Positions 44,198-45,304 of a stretch of DNA of 45,304 nucleotides are shown piece by piece (position 1 is the first letter of the stretch; each line of letters starts with the position of its first letter). Location of the stretch: the IMG/VR virus record IMGVR_UViG_3300044445_000054; one strand, given 5' to 3'. The position numbers and the translations under genes were made by a program. The notes beneath the pieces are model-generated. The model was given only the letters and a program-made list of their open reading frames with translations, was not told the origin of the DNA and searched no databases. Source of the DNA: a virus. Lineage: Duplodnaviria; Heunggongvirae; Uroviricota; Caudoviricetes.

Positions 44198-44383
44198 CTA
44201 TTCCATTTCATAATGGATGTCGAGGATCAGCTCGACCTGTGCGGTGCGGCTGCGCTTGCCCGCCTTGGCGTCCTTGTCCAGCTTCTTCACCAGCTTGCGC
44301 GGAACGCGAACGGTGAAGGCGATGAACTCGGCCGGAGCGGGCGGAGCGGTGAGCTTGTGCGCCGTCTGTGCGCGCTGGGTCAT
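44198..44383 (-). CDS. Second Arc-like ribbon-helix-helix protein (61 aa)
   Basis: AFTVRVPRKLVKKLDKDAKAGKRSRTAQVELIL. RS.N/T...I second-helix pattern. ATGA coupling. Confidence 0.75.
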   Translation of the reverse strand: MTQRAQTAHKLTAPPAPAEFIAFTVRVPRKLVKKLDKDAKAGKRSRTAQVELILDIHYEME

Positions 44384-44589
44384 GCCTCGTCCTTCTCCTT
44401 GGCCACGACCGCGGCGATCGCGGCGTCGCGCGCCTCGCGGTACGAGGACGGGTTGCGACGCAGGTCGCGGAAGGTGTCGAACACGGCGTGGTTCAGCGCA
44501 CGCGGCACGCGACGCCAGTGCGGCCAGCACATCAGCTGACCGTCCTTGGCGGGCTTGGGGCAGTTCGGGATGGCGCAATCATGCGGCAT
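44380..44589 (-). CDS. Small C-x4-C-x10-C-x2-H zinc-finger protein (69 aa)
   Basis: MPHDCAIPNCPKPAKDGQLMCWPHWRRVP. GGAGG SD. Confidence 0.7.
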   Translation of the reverse strand: MPHDCAIPNCPKPAKDGQLMCWPHWRRVPRALNHAVFDTFRDLRRNPSSYREARDAAIAAVVAKEKDEA

Positions 44590-44815
44590 GGTATTCCTCC
44601 CACTTCGAGGTGTCGTCGTTCCACTTCTCGACGAAGATGCAGCCACAGGTGTGTGGCTGGAGCATGCGGCGCAGCACCATAACCTCTTCGGCCTCGTGTG
44701 CGTAAAAGGTGGCATGCAGATCGTCGATGATGCACCGCACCGCGTAGCGCGGGTGACGGCGCAGGCCGAGCGGCAGGTCGTTGTGATCGGCGGGGCCGAA
44801 GGCTGTGTCGGTCAT
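44579..44815 (-). CDS. Hypothetical protein (78 aa)
   Basis: ATGA coupling with the exonuclease stop. Phage-like codon bias. Confidence 0.65.
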   Translation of the reverse strand: MTDTAFGPADHNDLPLGLRRHPRYAVRCIIDDLHATFYAHEAEEVMVLRRMLQPHTCGCIFVEKWNDDTSKWEEYHAA

Positions 44816-45304
44816 AGGAAAAACTCCGATAGACGCTCGTGAGCGGCCATGAGGTTGGGGGTGCCGCGGGTGATGCCACCCTCCAGCTCATCGTCGGGGA
44901 CGTTGCAGAAGTGGGTGACCGTCAGCATGGCACGCAGGGTGTCGATGTTCTCCTGCTCCAGCAGCCACGCCTTGACCTTGGGCTTGAAGGGCAGGTCGAC
45001 GAAGCCAGCGGGTGTGCCGTTGACGATCGCGCGCTCGATCTGTGCCCGGTGCGGTTGCATCGAGAGCCAGCGGCCGGGGCCGAAGCCGGGGATGCCTGCG
45101 ATGAAGTCGCTGCTGTCACCGCACATCGCCTTGTAGAGCGCGATCCACCGCGGCTCGACGCCCTTCATGTTCACGCCCTTGAGCGTGCATAGGTGCGCGA
45201 CCTGACCGTAGTCCATGTCGTTGGTGTGGACGGTGAACAGGCCGGGGCGCTTGCGCACCAGCGTGCCGATCACGTCGTCCGCCTCCCAGCCATGCACTTC
45301 GATC
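44812..45304 (-). CDS. 5'-3' exonuclease / flap endonuclease (RNase H, T5 D15-like), 5'-truncated by the window edge
   Basis: EADDVIGTL, TNDMDY, GDSSDFIAGIPGFGP (H3TH). True start lies beyond the window. Confidence 0.9.
   Translation of the reverse strand, partial: IEVHGWEADDVIGTLVRKRPGLFTVHTNDMDYGQVAHLCTLKGVNMKGVEPRWIALYKAMCGDSSDFIAGIPGFGPGRWLSMQPHRAQIERAIVNGTPAGFVDLPFKPKVKAWLLEQENIDTLRAMLTVTHFCNVPDDELEGGITRGTPNLMAAHERLSEFFL

Noticed and set aside
1-45304. CRISPR array, tRNA, rRNA, IS element, integrase or att site
   Set aside because: Intergenic gaps are short and contain none of these by eye. Temperate versus lytic lifestyle cannot be decided from this window.

Overview
The whole window is part of one high-GC tailed dsDNA phage genome with a long non-contractile (siphovirus-type, lambda-like tail tip) morphogenesis module. 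No host genes, integrase, tRNA, rRNA or CRISPR array are visible. The left edge holds minus-strand genes, including a Prim-Pol primase running off the window. From 1638 to 32140 is a mostly plus-strand virion region. It contains a duplicated tail-tube gene fused to about 1030 aa of Ig, Calx-beta, SGNH-like and lectin-like domains, and a signal-peptide beta-helix protein. These are followed by GpA-type terminase, portal, protease/scaffold, decoration protein and major capsid protein. Next come neck genes on alternating strands, an inverted tail-chaperone pair with a -1 frameshift site, the tail tube, gpL/K/I-like genes, a metallophosphoesterase, a tape measure with an embedded M15-like peptidase, and gpM- and gpJ-like genes. 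From 32133 to 45304 is a minus-strand replication and nucleotide module: DUF5664-like diphosphohydrolase, ThyA, SbcC/SbcD-like pair, dUTPase, DEDDh exonuclease, RecU-like resolvase, family A polymerase and 5'-3' exonuclease. A plus-strand lysis cassette interrupts it. The most notable observations are (1) the enzyme-decorated second tail-tube gene (about 75% identical to the ordinary tube by hand count) and (2) a recurring non-coding late-gene architecture. That architecture consists of a GGTTR-N12/13-TTK box in six intergenic gaps, a conserved palindrome in three, and perfect hairpins at the terminase and tape-measure start codons. All family calls come from motifs read by eye, not database searches. 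An alphaproteobacterial host is a guess.
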